From Ignavibacteriales bacterium (GTDB taxonomy: Bacteria > Bacteroidota > Ignavibacteria > UBA10030 > UBA6906), in the NCBI GenBank assembly GCA_037441705.1, contig JBBIRR010000018.1, positions 10,442 through 74,441 on the forward strand: 64,000 bases of DNA, in the 5' to 3' direction. The notes under the pieces are model-generated. The model did not search any database and had not been told where the DNA came from. It worked only from the letters and a program-made list of their open reading frames with translations. Position 1 is the first letter of the stretch, and each line of letters opens with the position of its first letter. This document shows, piece by piece, positions 13,431 through 22,783 of the stretch. The translations under genes were made by a program, and so were the position numbers.

Positions 13431-14282
13431 TCAACTTTTCTGGAACGCCTGCAGCTTGTTGGGATTGAGCATGACGTACATTCGGGAAACCTTGTCGCCC
13501 TCGCTGACGGTAAGGACGTATGCCGCAACGGGATGCGTGCGATCGAAAACGACAAAGCCGGGCTGACCGTTGATGGAGAGGACTTCGATGCGCGGAGAGA
13601 ATTGCGCCTTGCGGGCGGCGGTTGTCAGCAGATGCGCAACCTTTTCGGCGCCGAGGAGAGGAGTCGGAGATGCCGCCACCTTGCCGCCTCCATCGGCCGT
13701 CAGTCGGACGTCTGGAGCCAGCAACGCGATGAGCCCTGCAACATCTCCGGCTGTAATCGCGGCGACGATGCGTTCCGCGAGACGAAGATCGGATGGCGTC
13801 GGCGCCGGATAAGAGGCCTGCGCTTGCTGAATCTTGTCCTTTGCCCGCTTCAGTAATTGGCGGCTATGCTCCGTTCGTCTGTCGAGCATTTCCGCGATCT
13901 CTTCGTGTGTGTAGTCGAAGGCTTCTTTCAGCACGAAGACAGCCAGCTCAAGAGGTGAAAGCTCACGCGTCAGCACCATCATCTCGTAGGTGAGCACTGT
14001 GCGTGTTTCGCCCGTCGGATTTGCAGCGTGCTCTACAGCATCGGGGAGTGGTTCGGGAAGCCAGATGTTCGGATAGCTCAGCCGCTTCTTGTGTGCAGAT
14101 TGGAGAGAGTTGATCGCAGCGTTGACCGTGGATTTCACAAGATACCCTCGAACATTCTCAACGCGATCCTTCGGTGTTTCTTCCCAGCGCAACAATACGT
14201 CCTGCACAACATCCTCAGCCTCGGCACGACTGCCGAGCATGTTGTACGCAACCGAAACCATGAGCGGGCGGTATTCTGTCAT
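13431..14282 (-). CDS. ECF41 (SigJ-like) sigma factor with SnoaL-like C-terminal extension
   Basis: sigma r2/r4 regions plus WLPEP, DGGG and NPNKL signatures. ATG at 14282. Confidence 0.92.
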   Translation of the reverse strand: MTEYRPLMVSVAYNMLGSRAEAEDVVQDVLLRWEETPKDRVENVRGYLVKSTVNAAINSLQSAHKKRLSYPNIWLPEPLPDAVEHAANPTGETRTVLTYEMMVLTRELSPLELAVFVLKEAFDYTHEEIAEMLDRRTEHSRQLLKRAKDKIQQAQASYPAPTPSDLRLAERIVAAITAGDVAGLIALLAPDVRLTADGGGKVAASPTPLLGAEKVAHLLTTAARKAQFSPRIEVLSINGQPGFVVFDRTHPVAAYVLTVSEGDKVSRMYVMLNPNKLQAFQKS

Positions 14283-14337
14283 AGCATGATCAAAGAACAA
14301 CAGGCAAACGCTGAACTCAAAGCTACGAATCGATACG

Positions 14338-14963
14338 ATGAAGAACAAGGGACCCGCAGCCGGAGCAGACGGTGTTCGTCAGCAGCAGCCCCTGCCTGTT
14401 GTATGCGTGGTTGTCCTTCTGCAGTTGTCGCTCGCCCACGCGATCTCGCAACCGACGATCCAGAAAATTGTTCAGGCGGTGAGGGCAAGAGACGTCATTA
14501 CGGTGGATGGCATTCTCAGCGAATCCGTCTGGCACACACCTGCGCTCAATTGGACGTTCACCCCCAAGCTGAGCCTGCAAATGTGCATCCAGCCGCTGAT
14601 TTCGGTCGGAACTTACACGGCAATCAAGGAACTTACACGACCTCGGTCGTATGAGTTCACACCTACGGTAGCGGCGTTTCGACAATCAGGAAGGAGAATA
14701 ACGAGTATGTGATCGACCCCGACGGCACCGGACGACCCTTCAGCATTACCGATCCCGATTTCAACTCTAAGTCGCTTCGCGGCAGCGCAGTACTACGGTG
14801 GGAGTATCTGCCCGGCTCGACCATCTATTTCGTCGGGACGCAACTCCGCACTGACGAGTCTGACCCCGGCGCGTTCCGATTCGGACGGAACGTCTCGCAG
14901 CTTTTCCGTTCCCAGCCTGACAACCTCTTTCTCATCAAACTGAGCTTCTGGACGAACCCGTAG
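14338..14963 (+). pseudogene. Relic of a CBM9-like/DUF5916 outer-membrane protein (large internal deletion plus frameshift)
   Basis: N-terminal 'ITVDGILSESVW' joins directly to C-terminal-type 'LNWTFTPKLSLQ'. Frameshift near 14660, then 'DFNSKSLRGSAVLRWEYLPGST...IKLSFW'. Confidence 0.7.
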
Positions 14964-15002
14964 ATTTGCACCGGTCTCGTCCTCTCCCCGGGTTGCCGAT
15001 CT

Positions 15003-16043
15003 TCACAGCGTGACCTTGGATTTCCCCTGGTCGACCGCTTTGATCCATTGGATCAATCCCTTCATGTACGTCTGTTGGTCGTCGTACATGCACATGTGGC
15101 TGCCGTTCGGGCACAGGAGAAAGCTGCCGTTCCGTACTTCGTTTGCTATCCACTTCATATGTTCGGGATCCATAGTGTCATGCGTTGCGCCGATGACCAA
15201 TGTCGGAACGGTGATCATTTTCAGATCCGCTTTCCGATCCCAACGTTCGAGCTTGCCCGAGATACCGAATTCACTCGGCCCCTGCATGGTAACGTAGAGA
15301 GATTTGTTCAACTTGTTGAAGGAGCGCACCACAGGCTCGGGCCATTCTTCTAACGGCATGCGAAGAATGTGCTTCGTGTAGTAGTGGGTCATGAGCAGAT
15401 CCATGTACTGCGGGTTGTCGAAGTCGTTCTTTGCTTCGAATTCCCGTACCTGGCGAAGGATGTTGGGGTCGAACTGCTTCGCCAGCACCTCTTCTGCGTA
15501 GCGATCATAGTCCGGCGCGCTGGCCATCATGTTGGAGATGATCAACCCCTTCAACCGATCTTGATACGTGAGAGCGTACTCCATGGCAAGCAGTCCACCC
15601 CATGAGTGACCAAGGAGATAGAAATTGTCCTTCGAGAGGTTCAGCGCTTTCCGTACCTGCTCAACTTCTTCGACATAACGCTGAAGGTCCCAGAACGTCG
15701 TGTCGTTCGGATTGTCGGAGTTGCCGCATCCCAACTGGTCGTAGTAGATAAACTCGATGCCTTCTCGCGGAAGAAAATTTTCGACGCACTCAAAATACTC
15801 ATGCGTCGCACCGGGACCGCCGTTGAGCAGCAGCAGCTTGATCCGCGGATTATTCCCGAAACGCTTTGTCCACACCTTGAAAACACCCTCGGGCGTCTCG
15901 ATCGGAACAACTGTGACATTACCGTTTTGGACTCCCTCCCTTGCCGGCGCAAAGTACTCTTCCAACCGGGGCCTGTCGTGTTGTGCGCAGGAGACAAGAA
16001 GGAAGCTGAGACATACGAGGTGCAGCAGTGCGTAGCGGTTCAT
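15003..16043 (-). CDS. Proline iminopeptidase-family alpha/beta hydrolase (S33), lipoprotein
   Basis: NGGPG, YDQLGCG, GHSWGG nucleophile, lipobox LVSC. Confidence 0.9.
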   Translation of the reverse strand: MNRYALLHLVCLSFLLVSCAQHDRPRLEEYFAPAREGVQNGNVTVVPIETPEGVFKVWTKRFGNNPRIKLLLLNGGPGATHEYFECVENFLPREGIEFIYYDQLGCGNSDNPNDTTFWDLQRYVEEVEQVRKALNLSKDNFYLLGHSWGGLLAMEYALTYQDRLKGLIISNMMASAPDYDRYAEEVLAKQFDPNILRQVREFEAKNDFDNPQYMDLLMTHYYTKHILRMPLEEWPEPVVRSFNKLNKSLYVTMQGPSEFGISGKLERWDRKADLKMITVPTLVIGATHDTMDPEHMKWIANEVRNGSFLLCPNGSHMCMYDDQQTYMKGLIQWIKAVDQGKSKVTL

Positions 16044-16200
16044 AGGTCCTCCAAGGACATGCTCGTCTCGTTTACGAGGCGTAGCGGGTGAGAACATGAT
16101 ATGTGAAAGAACGGCCGCGTCAGTTTATGGATTCGCCGGCCTTTTTTCAAGTGCCGGCGTGAGGGCGCGGGTGCGTTCAGACTCCTGCCGCGTCCGGCTC

Positions 16201-16244
16201 TTGACAATGCATGGCGCGAAACCTATATTATTTAGGACTCCTAA
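16201..16244 (+). promoter_or_regulatory. sigma70 promoter with operator palindrome TTAGGA-C-TCCTAA
   Basis: TTGACA(16201)-N17-TATATT(16224); perfect inverted repeat at 16232-16244 over the predicted +1. Confidence 0.75.
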
Positions 16245-16246
16245 CT

Positions 16247-16564
16247 ATGAAGCCCTTACACCGTCTGTTTCTTTTCGTTGCGGCAATGCTGGCTCTGTTC
16301 GTGATCGCCACCGTCGGCTTCACAAAAGGAGACATCGAGCGAGACGGCGCGGCCCGGCTCTTCCGCAAGAAGTGCTTCCGCTGTCACGATGCGCGCCTGA
16401 CGATGGGGCCGATTCGTCCGGCTGCCGCCGACTCGCTCGTCGAGGCAATGCGGAGGTATGACAAGCGCTGGATCAGCGCGGAGGAAGCCAGGCTTCTTGC
16501 CCGCTACGTTAAGGAGCTCTCTTCTGTCCCTAATCCACAACATTCATCCACCAACAAGGAGTAA
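16247..16564 (+). CDS. Small monoheme c-type cytochrome
   Basis: N-terminal signal/TM segment, CFRCH, candidate distal Met. Confidence 0.75.
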   Translation: MKPLHRLFLFVAAMLALFVIATVGFTKGDIERDGAARLFRKKCFRCHDARLTMGPIRPAAADSLVEAMRRYDKRWISAEEARLLARYVKELSSVPNPQHSSTNKE

Positions 16565-16568
16565 ACCT

Positions 16569-17069
16569 ATGAAGCGCTATGCTGTGTTGCTCGCATTCGT
16601 TGTCGTGATCCTCGCCGGAGCGTTCGTTGTGCAACGCGTCGTCGCCGATGCGCCCGGCCTGAAGTATCCCGAGGGTTACCGCAGCTGGACCCATGTGAAG
16701 TCCATGCTCATTCACAGCAAAGATCATCCGCTCTACGACCCGTTCGGCGGTTTGCATCATGTGTATGTGAATGACAAAGGAGAAAAAGCGCTGAAGAACG
16801 GCGGCACCTATCCCGACGGCTCGCTGTTGGTGTTCGATCTGTACGACGTGAAAGACGACAACGGCGCGTATGTTGCCACCGACCGGAAGTTCATCGGACT
16901 GATGGTGAAGGACTCGAAGAAGTACAAAGAGACCGGCGGTTGGGGATGGGAGGTGTTCAAAGGGAATGCGAAAACCGGTGGCAACGTGAAGGACGCCAAG
17001 ACCGAATGCTTCAACTGCCACGCATCGCAGAAGGAAAGCGACTTTGTTTTCTCGAAGTACCAACAGTAG
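16569..17069 (+). CDS. Cytochrome P460/c'-beta family protein
   Basis: 'YPEGYRSW', 'HHVYVN', 'YPDGSLLVFD', 'MVKD...TGGWGW', C-terminal CFNCH, 'DFVFS'. Confidence 0.88.
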   Translation: MKRYAVLLAFVVVILAGAFVVQRVVADAPGLKYPEGYRSWTHVKSMLIHSKDHPLYDPFGGLHHVYVNDKGEKALKNGGTYPDGSLLVFDLYDVKDDNGAYVATDRKFIGLMVKDSKKYKETGGWGWEVFKGNAKTGGNVKDAKTECFNCHASQKESDFVFSKYQQ

Positions 17070-17077
17070 CGAGCGCA

Positions 17078-17106
17078 TGTAGGTCGGGATGACATCCCGA
17101 CCTACA
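17078..17106. repeat. REP-like perfect palindrome
   Basis: TGTAGGTCGGGATG-A-CATCCCGACCTACA (14-bp arms, GTAG ends). Confidence 0.7.
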
Positions 17107-17164
17107 GAGCTTTTCAACGTGCAGGATTTTCGTATCTTGCACATCCTATCAACTCTGGAGCTTT

Positions 17165-17785
17165 ATGTCGACTTCAACTTTTGATCCCGCAGCTCAAGAC
17201 AACATCGATCGCAAAATCGCCGTCGGGATCGAACGTATCTCGCAGGTACTGAAATCCCTGCTGTGGGAACACAGCAAGACGATGGGACTCAGTCCCATTC
17301 AAATTCAGTTCCTGACCACGCTCGCCTACGAGCGCGATGCGCCATGGACGATCGGCAACATTGCATCGCGGTTTCAGCTCACCCCGGCAACAGTCAGCGA
17401 CGCGTTGACGGCGTTGGAGAGCAAGGAGCTTATTGTCCGTACGCGCAGCGAGCACGACAGGCGCACCGTCTTCGTCACGCTGACGCCCGAAGGGAAACGC
17501 ACCGCTCGCACCACAGGCAAATGGTTGAACGTTGTGCAGGAGCAGATTGCCGGTTTCAGCGATGAAGAGAAAACCGTTCTCCTGAAATCTCTCATCCAAC
17601 TGATTGCCGCATTCCAGCAGGAGGGGATGATTTCGACAAAGGGGATGTGCGTCTTCTGCACGTACTTTCGCCCGAACGCCCACAGGAGTGCAACTGCGCC
17701 GCACCATTGCGCCTACATTAACAAAGCGTTCGGCGATGCCGAGCTGCGGATTGATTGCCCGGATTACGAAGAGGCAACAAAATGA
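17165..17785 (+). CDS. MarR-family regulator with C-terminal Cys/His-rich domain
   Basis: wHTH 'PATVSDAL..LE.K.LI.R..SEHDRR..V.LT..G'; tail CxxC...HHC...C. Confidence 0.9.
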   Translation: MSTSTFDPAAQDNIDRKIAVGIERISQVLKSLLWEHSKTMGLSPIQIQFLTTLAYERDAPWTIGNIASRFQLTPATVSDALTALESKELIVRTRSEHDRRTVFVTLTPEGKRTARTTGKWLNVVQEQIAGFSDEEKTVLLKSLIQLIAAFQQEGMISTKGMCVFCTYFRPNAHRSATAPHHCAYINKAFGDAELRIDCPDYEEATK

Positions 17786-17813
17786 GGCACACTCCTGCGA
17801 CGTTGCCTGATGT

Positions 17814-18323
17814 TTGAACTCGGTGAGGGATACATTCCAGCTTGAACGGTTTCTGGACCGCGGGATGTGTGCGTTGACGTTTGCAACGACCAGCCCGGCC
17901 GATGTCTATCCGTTCGACCCGAGCACGGGTCCGGGATACGTCTGGCACTGCCACATCATTGACCACGAGGACAACGAAATGATGCGTCCGTACAACGTAC
18001 TGCCGATGCCGGGCGCGCTTCGAAGAGTCGGCGGCGAAGCCGCGGCAGAGACAAAACCGGGACGCTTCTCGCTCGAGCAGAACTATCCCAACCCCTTTAA
18101 CCCCTCGACGGAAATCCGCTTCCAGATTCCGGAGGATGGCCGCGTTGTCTTGAAGCTCTACAACAGTCTCGGCCAGGAAGTCCAAACCCTCATCAACGCT
18201 CATGCACCGGCAGGTGTGCATACCGTAAAACTCGATGCAACCAACCTGGCGAGCGGCGTGTACTTCTACCGCATTCAAGTCGGCGGACAGACAGCAACAA
18301 AGAAGATGACGCTGCTTCGGTAG
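17814..18323 (+). pseudogene. C-terminal fragment of a T9SS-secreted multicopper oxidase (CotA/bilirubin-oxidase type)
   Basis: Only the last Cu motif '[16 protein letters not shown]' plus the CTD '[11 protein letters not shown]...KKMTLLR'. No signal peptide and no other Cu motifs. Confidence 0.75.
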
Positions 18324-18352
18324 TTCGGCCGAACTGCCCGGCAACGAACGAT

Positions 18353-18382
18353 GGCAGCCTCGCATTGCGGGGCTGCCTTTTT
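18353..18382 (+). terminator. Rho-independent terminator
   Basis: GGCAGCCTCGC-ATT-GCGGGGCTGCC-TTTTT. Confidence 0.8.
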
Positions 18383-18512
18383 CTTATCCGTGCGAAGATT
18401 GCGGCGGGCTTTTTCTTGTTATCAGAAAAGAGTTGATACTGAATGTGAATGGCCGACGTTTCTTGCAGGCATGGATGTTGCGTCTTTATGATTGAACGAA
18501 GGAGATCTTTTC

Positions 18513-18905
18513 ATGTTTGTCCGACATGTCCTCGCGTGGTTTCTGCTGCTCATTGCGGCCATCACCAACGGCATCATCCGTCAAGCGTTCTTCATCCCAC
18601 GCATGAGCGAGCTGCATGCGCACCAGCTTTCCACGCTTACCGGCATTATACTGTTCGGGGTCATCGTCTGGTTCCTGCATCGTACGTGGCCTCTGGCAAC
18701 TGGCGCCCAGGCATGGGCCGTCGGTTTCATCTGGCTGGCAATGACGCTCGCCTTCGAGTTTCTCTTCTTTCACTACGTAGGAGGAAAACCGTGGGATGTG
18801 TTGTTGGAGGATTACAACATCATGCATGGCCGGGTGTGGATGTTGATTCCCCTCTGGGTGACGATCGCGCCGTACATCTTCTTCCGGCTGAGGGGCAACG
18901 GGTGA
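18513..18905 (+). CDS. Conserved small membrane protein of unknown function
   Basis: Four hydrophobic segments; 'AHQLST', 'LAFEFLF.HY...W..LL.DYN...GR.W'. Confidence 0.75.
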   Translation: MFVRHVLAWFLLLIAAITNGIIRQAFFIPRMSELHAHQLSTLTGIILFGVIVWFLHRTWPLATGAQAWAVGFIWLAMTLAFEFLFFHYVGGKPWDVLLEDYNIMHGRVWMLIPLWVTIAPYIFFRLRGNG

Positions 18906-18907
18906 CC

Positions 18908-19195
18908 TTACGCTCTCTTCCGCCACTCCCACACAACAATGCTTGCTGCGATCAAGCCAAATCCAAACAGGTAGTCTTCGACCGGAATGGTTCCAAGCCG
19001 TAGTCCGGTCTGAAACGATTTTCCATACAACACAATCGGTCGCCACGTAAGGTAGCTGTTGACGATGGTCATGAATACAAACATGACTCCCATAAACAGC
19101 CAGAACCGCGGTTGTCGTAGTATGCCCGTCTTCAGGAGATGGTCAAGGCAAGCGACAAGTGCAACGGATGCCAGTGAGGCGTAGGTGTATTCCAT
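18908..19195 (-). CDS. Lycopene cyclase domain protein (CrtYd-like)
   Basis: Small hydrophobic protein with 'GLRLGTIPVEDYLFGF', translationally coupled to the upstream partner. Confidence 0.85.
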   Translation of the reverse strand: MEYTYASLASVALVACLDHLLKTGILRQPRFWLFMGVMFVFMTIVNSYLTWRPIVLYGKSFQTGLRLGTIPVEDYLFGFGLIAASIVVWEWRKRA

Positions 19196-19503
19196 CACTC
19201 TTTCCTCAGAAAATACTTCACGGATTCCCACACAAAGATAGAAACGAAACCCACGACGGGGAAGAAGAGAAATTCTTCCAGCGGCAGATGGAAAATCCAG
19301 ATGCCGATGATGTAGTGGGGATTGAACGACCAGTGGCCGCGCGCAGCCGCAATCAAATCCCACATCCAATATACGATGGAAACTCCGGCAACGGAGGCAA
19401 GCAGTGCACGGCGATTCCTCCAGAGCGAAATATTCTTGTCGCGACTCAACGCGAGCGGTATCGCCAGCGTCGCGATGAGCACGAGGAGGTACTCAGTTCT
19501 CAT
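19195..19503 (-). CDS. Lycopene cyclase domain protein (CrtYc-like)
   Basis: 'WD......GHWSFNP....G......LPLEEFLFF'. Confidence 0.85.
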   Translation of the reverse strand: MRTEYLLVLIATLAIPLALSRDKNISLWRNRRALLASVAGVSIVYWMWDLIAAARGHWSFNPHYIIGIWIFHLPLEEFLFFPVVGFVSIFVWESVKYFLRKE

Positions 19504-20320
19504 GGCGAACCTCTGTGGGCACAAGCGAACGGCGACCCATCAGCGACCATACCGCAACGCCGGCAACGATGAGCACGGCTGTTGCAGCGTGGCTTGCATA
19601 TCCGAACAGACTATCAGTGATGAGGAAAAGTCCGAATTGAAGAGAGAAGACCACGATGCTGCTGGTAAGCAACGCGCTCGTGTGGGCCGAGTTCGGAAGT
19701 CGGTCGTAGCATTCCAGCAGAAATACCGCTGCGGCTGAAAGGCCGAACCAGCTTGCGTAGTTTTGCAGCGGGATGGTACCCTCGTGCCATTGCCAGTACG
19801 ACTTGATAAAAGATGCCATCGGCTCGAGGGCGATGTCAAACGCGAGGGTGAGCGTGCCTGCCGCAAGCGCTGTAGCGATGCCGGGTGGGAAGATCGCTTG
19901 TGCAATTCTTCGCGTTATCATGATGGTGGTGTACCATGCAGCCGCGATCGCCAGCGGTACGCCCATGAGACGAAAGCCGAGAACATCAGTGTACGTGTAG
20001 GAGCCAAACGGGATGCCTGTACGCATGCCAACGTACTCCAGGGCAAACGCGGCAACGAAAATCACGACGGCAAGCAGAACGTTGCTGCGCAACGACCTGA
20101 CGCGTCCTTCTGAGATGAACACCACCGCGGCGGACAGAAAGAGAATGAGCGATGCCGTCCATGAAAATTGCTTGGGCAGCAAGTCGGCGGAAATGAAGAC
20201 GTAACCGAAAAGCAGCAATACCATCCAACCGACGAGCAAGACGCGAAACATCATCCTGCTTGTCGCCGAAGCGAATCCGTCAGCAATGCCGTGAAGGAAT
20301 TGTCCGACCGAGCTCATCAT
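19493..20320 (-). CDS. cruF: Carotenoid 1',2'-hydratase CruF (DUF422)
   Basis: 'EYVGMRTGIPFGSYTY...LG.....VP', 'DIALEP', 'YWQW....IPLQNY..WF'. Confidence 0.85.
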   Translation of the reverse strand: MMSSVGQFLHGIADGFASATSRMMFRVLLVGWMVLLLFGYVFISADLLPKQFSWTASLILFLSAAVVFISEGRVRSLRSNVLLAVVIFVAAFALEYVGMRTGIPFGSYTYTDVLGFRLMGVPLAIAAAWYTTIMITRRIAQAIFPPGIATALAAGTLTLAFDIALEPMASFIKSYWQWHEGTIPLQNYASWFGLSAAAVFLLECYDRLPNSAHTSALLTSSIVVFSLQFGLFLITDSLFGYASHAATAVLIVAGVAVWSLMGRRSLVPTEVRHEN

Positions 20321-20865
20321 TCATTCATCGTCCGTTGCAGGAGTCGATTATACAACTCTCGATTGGAGCTTTCGATAAACTCGTTCAGCATGTCATCCAT
20401 TTCTTCTTTCATTCTCGATTCGATGAATGCTTCGCCGAGCAGGGGAGCCATCCAGTGTATCGCGAAGCCGTTCTCGCGCACCAAACGTAATCGGAGTGTA
20501 ATTGAAATTCGTGTTGTCCGTTCGGCTTCAGGCTTGATCAACACTGCACAATACATATAGTTCTGATCATCGGGGGAGAGCGACTCGTACACGGTCAGCG
20601 AGTCTCCCTCGGTACGTCGAGCGATCGTAAAGTCGGTGCGCAGCGTGCCGGCGAGCGGAACCTGCTTCGCCGTCTGGTAGAGGTAGATGTTCTCGCCGAT
20701 GCTCTTGACGCGCACAACGCCGGGCATGTGGCGTTCGAACAAGCCAATGTCATCCACGAAACCGGCAAGCAGTTCGCGTTCGAGGTCGATAGTGTAGGAT
20801 GCTTCAGTGGCAACATCGACCACGAATCCGCTGTTCATGAAAATTAGCAGTGCAAGCAACTTCAT
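20317..20865 (-). CDS. Hypothetical START/SRPBCC-like protein
   Basis: SD AAGGAG before the ATG at 20865; alternating beta strands and a C-terminal helix; operon context. Confidence 0.6.
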   Translation of the reverse strand: MKLLALLIFMNSGFVVDVATEASYTIDLERELLAGFVDDIGLFERHMPGVVRVKSIGENIYLYQTAKQVPLAGTLRTDFTIARRTEGDSLTVYESLSPDDQNYMYCAVLIKPEAERTTRISITLRLRLVRENGFAIHWMAPLLGEAFIESRMKEEMDDMLNEFIESSNRELYNRLLQRTMNE

Positions 20866-20894
20866 TTCATTCTCCTTTGATCTGTACGTGAAGG

Positions 20895-22058
20895 CTACGT
20901 CGCCTGGCGTGAGAGAGGGTAGATTCGGCCTTTCCACCGTAGTCCGCCAGCAAAGAGTGCCCAGCGGACGGAATTGGCAGCAATCCCGACAACAATTGCC
21001 GTGGCAACAGGATGCAGCAGGATCGGCAAGAAGCCCAGTGAAAACCTGAGGGAGAGCATCGAGCGAGTCGCAATCAGCAAACCCACCTGGATGAGCATGA
21101 GCGCCATCCACGAATCGACTGGCGCAGAATCGATCGCTGGCCAATCGAACATTCCGCCGACAGCGAGAACAAAAGGCCCGATGGAGGTGACGACATTGAA
21201 GAGCATGACGAGCGTGATCGCGGCCAGCGAGTATCGGAATCCCGGAAACAGGTTCTTCGAGAACCCATCCCAAATCTCTCGCAGGGAGCGATACATGCGT
21301 GTCGTGACCACCTCGGCTCCATCCATCACCCGTAAACGAAAGCCGTGTTTCTTGACCAGGCGCGCTAACCAGACGTCTTCGACCAATGCATCCTTCACCG
21401 CTTTATGTCCGCCGATGGCGTCGTAGGCAGAACGTCGGAAGAGCATGAACTGTCCGTTTGCCATGGCGAGTTGCGGCTTGCGTGTGTGATGCACCAACGG
21501 GAACGGAAGCGTTGTGAACGTCACAAAGTGCAGCATCGGCATGACGACTTTCTCCCACAGCGAGCGAAGCTCGAGGTGGGGAATGAGTGACAGCAAGGCG
21601 GCGTTGGAGCGTTCGAGTGCTGCAACGGCATTCGCAATGGTGGTGGGCGAGTGCCGGGTGTCTGCGTCCGTGAAAAGCAGCAGTTCACCACGTGCGGACT
21701 CTGCGAGTTGATGACACGCAAAACATTTTCCAACCCATCCTGCTGGTAACGACTCTCCGCGTAGAACGCGAAGCTGCGGAAAACGGGATTGCCATTTCTG
21801 CAATTCCTCCCAGGTCCCGTCCTCCGAGCGGTCGTCCAGCACGATGATTTCGAACTGCGGATACGCTTGAGCAGCCAGCGAGGAAAGGCACGTACCAATG
21901 GTATTGACCTCGTTGCGGGCGGGAATGAGCACTGAGACGAACGGCATCGTTCGGGGCTTCCAGGTTTTCCGTATGCGCGGAAGGGTCAACACATTCACTG
22001 CAGCGATGAATGTCATGACCAGGAGCAGCGCCAGAACGATCTGTGCATACAGCATCAT
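20895..22058 (-). CDS. GT2 carotenoid glycosyltransferase (CruC/CrtQ-like)
   Basis: 'SVLIPARNE', 'DDRSEDGT', 'GWVGK..AC', 'FTDAD', 'ANGQ', 'VEDV.LA', 'RMY...W.GF.KN'. Confidence 0.88.
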   Translation of the reverse strand: MMLYAQIVLALLLVMTFIAAVNVLTLPRIRKTWKPRTMPFVSVLIPARNEVNTIGTCLSSLAAQAYPQFEIIVLDDRSEDGTWEELQKWQSRFPQLRVLRGESLPAGWVGKCFACHQLAESARGELLLFTDADTRHSPTTIANAVAALERSNAALLSLIPHLELRSLWEKVVMPMLHFVTFTTLPFPLVHHTRKPQLAMANGQFMLFRRSAYDAIGGHKAVKDALVEDVWLARLVKKHGFRLRVMDGAEVVTTRMYRSLREIWDGFSKNLFPGFRYSLAAITLVMLFNVVTSIGPFVLAVGGMFDWPAIDSAPVDSWMALMLIQVGLLIATRSMLSLRFSLGFLPILLHPVATAIVVGIAANSVRWALFAGGLRWKGRIYPLSRQAT

Positions 22059-22783
22059 CACTTCATCCCCCTGAAGTGATCGAAGCGGACGTTGACCGAA
22101 GCGGCGCCATGAAGCAGAGTGTCGTACTCTTCTAATCGTCCCTCGATGATGTCGCTGCGCAGGCGCTCGAGCAAGTCTGTCACCGCTGTCTCGAGTGATC
22201 GCGTCACAGCCTTGCTGTCGCATGGGGGAGTCACACTTATCGGAGCGCCGAAGATGGTGAAAGCATCGGGGCGTTGTTCGCTCAACAATTCATAGCGGTG
22301 GGCGAAAGGGAGAATCTGCACGCTCTTGCCCACCAGAGAGACGATGCGTGCAGCACCCGTGTAGAAACGGAGCGGACGCGTGTCGTTGGGCTGCATGACC
22401 CCCTGCGGATAGATCCACAGGAATCTGTTCGGACGGTCGAAGAGCTGTGCGGCATAACGGACGGAACGGTAGGCTTCGCGCGCTGAGTTACGATTCACCG
22501 AAAACACACCAAGCCATCTGAAAAACTTGTACCGTGCCATCTGCTGTTCATCCATCATCAAGTAAGGCTCGCAGTCGAAAACCTCGCGCGAGAAGAACAG
22601 TTCAATCAATCCATCCCACCAACTGCTGTGGTTCCCCACGCATAGGATTGGTTGATGACGATCAAGTTGCTGAACGAAGTGGAGATTCCTCGCGCGCACT
22701 GAAGCAAAATACTTCCTCAACAACTGCCGGTTATGGATGAGGAACAGTCTTTCGAACAGCGCCGATTTTCTTGCTTCGATCAT
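22058..22783 (-). CDS. PlsC-type acyltransferase (CruD-like carotenoid glucoside acyltransferase)
   Basis: 'NHSSWWD', 'WIYPQG', crt operon context. Confidence 0.82.
   Translation of the reverse strand: MIEARKSALFERLFLIHNRQLLRKYFASVRARNLHFVQQLDRHQPILCVGNHSSWWDGLIELFFSREVFDCEPYLMMDEQQMARYKFFRWLGVFSVNRNSAREAYRSVRYAAQLFDRPNRFLWIYPQGVMQPNDTRPLRFYTGAARIVSLVGKSVQILPFAHRYELLSEQRPDAFTIFGAPISVTPPCDSKAVTRSLETAVTDLLERLRSDIIEGRLEEYDTLLHGAASVNVRFDHFRGMK

Noticed and set aside
7896-18905. Intact genomic island or prophage integrated at 5S
   Set aside because: No integrase, transposase or phage genes, and no distal att copy seen in the window.
20866-21273. N-terminal extension of the 318-aa ORF 20317-21273
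   Set aside because: Overlaps the GT2 gene out of frame; a good SD and ATG exist at 20865.
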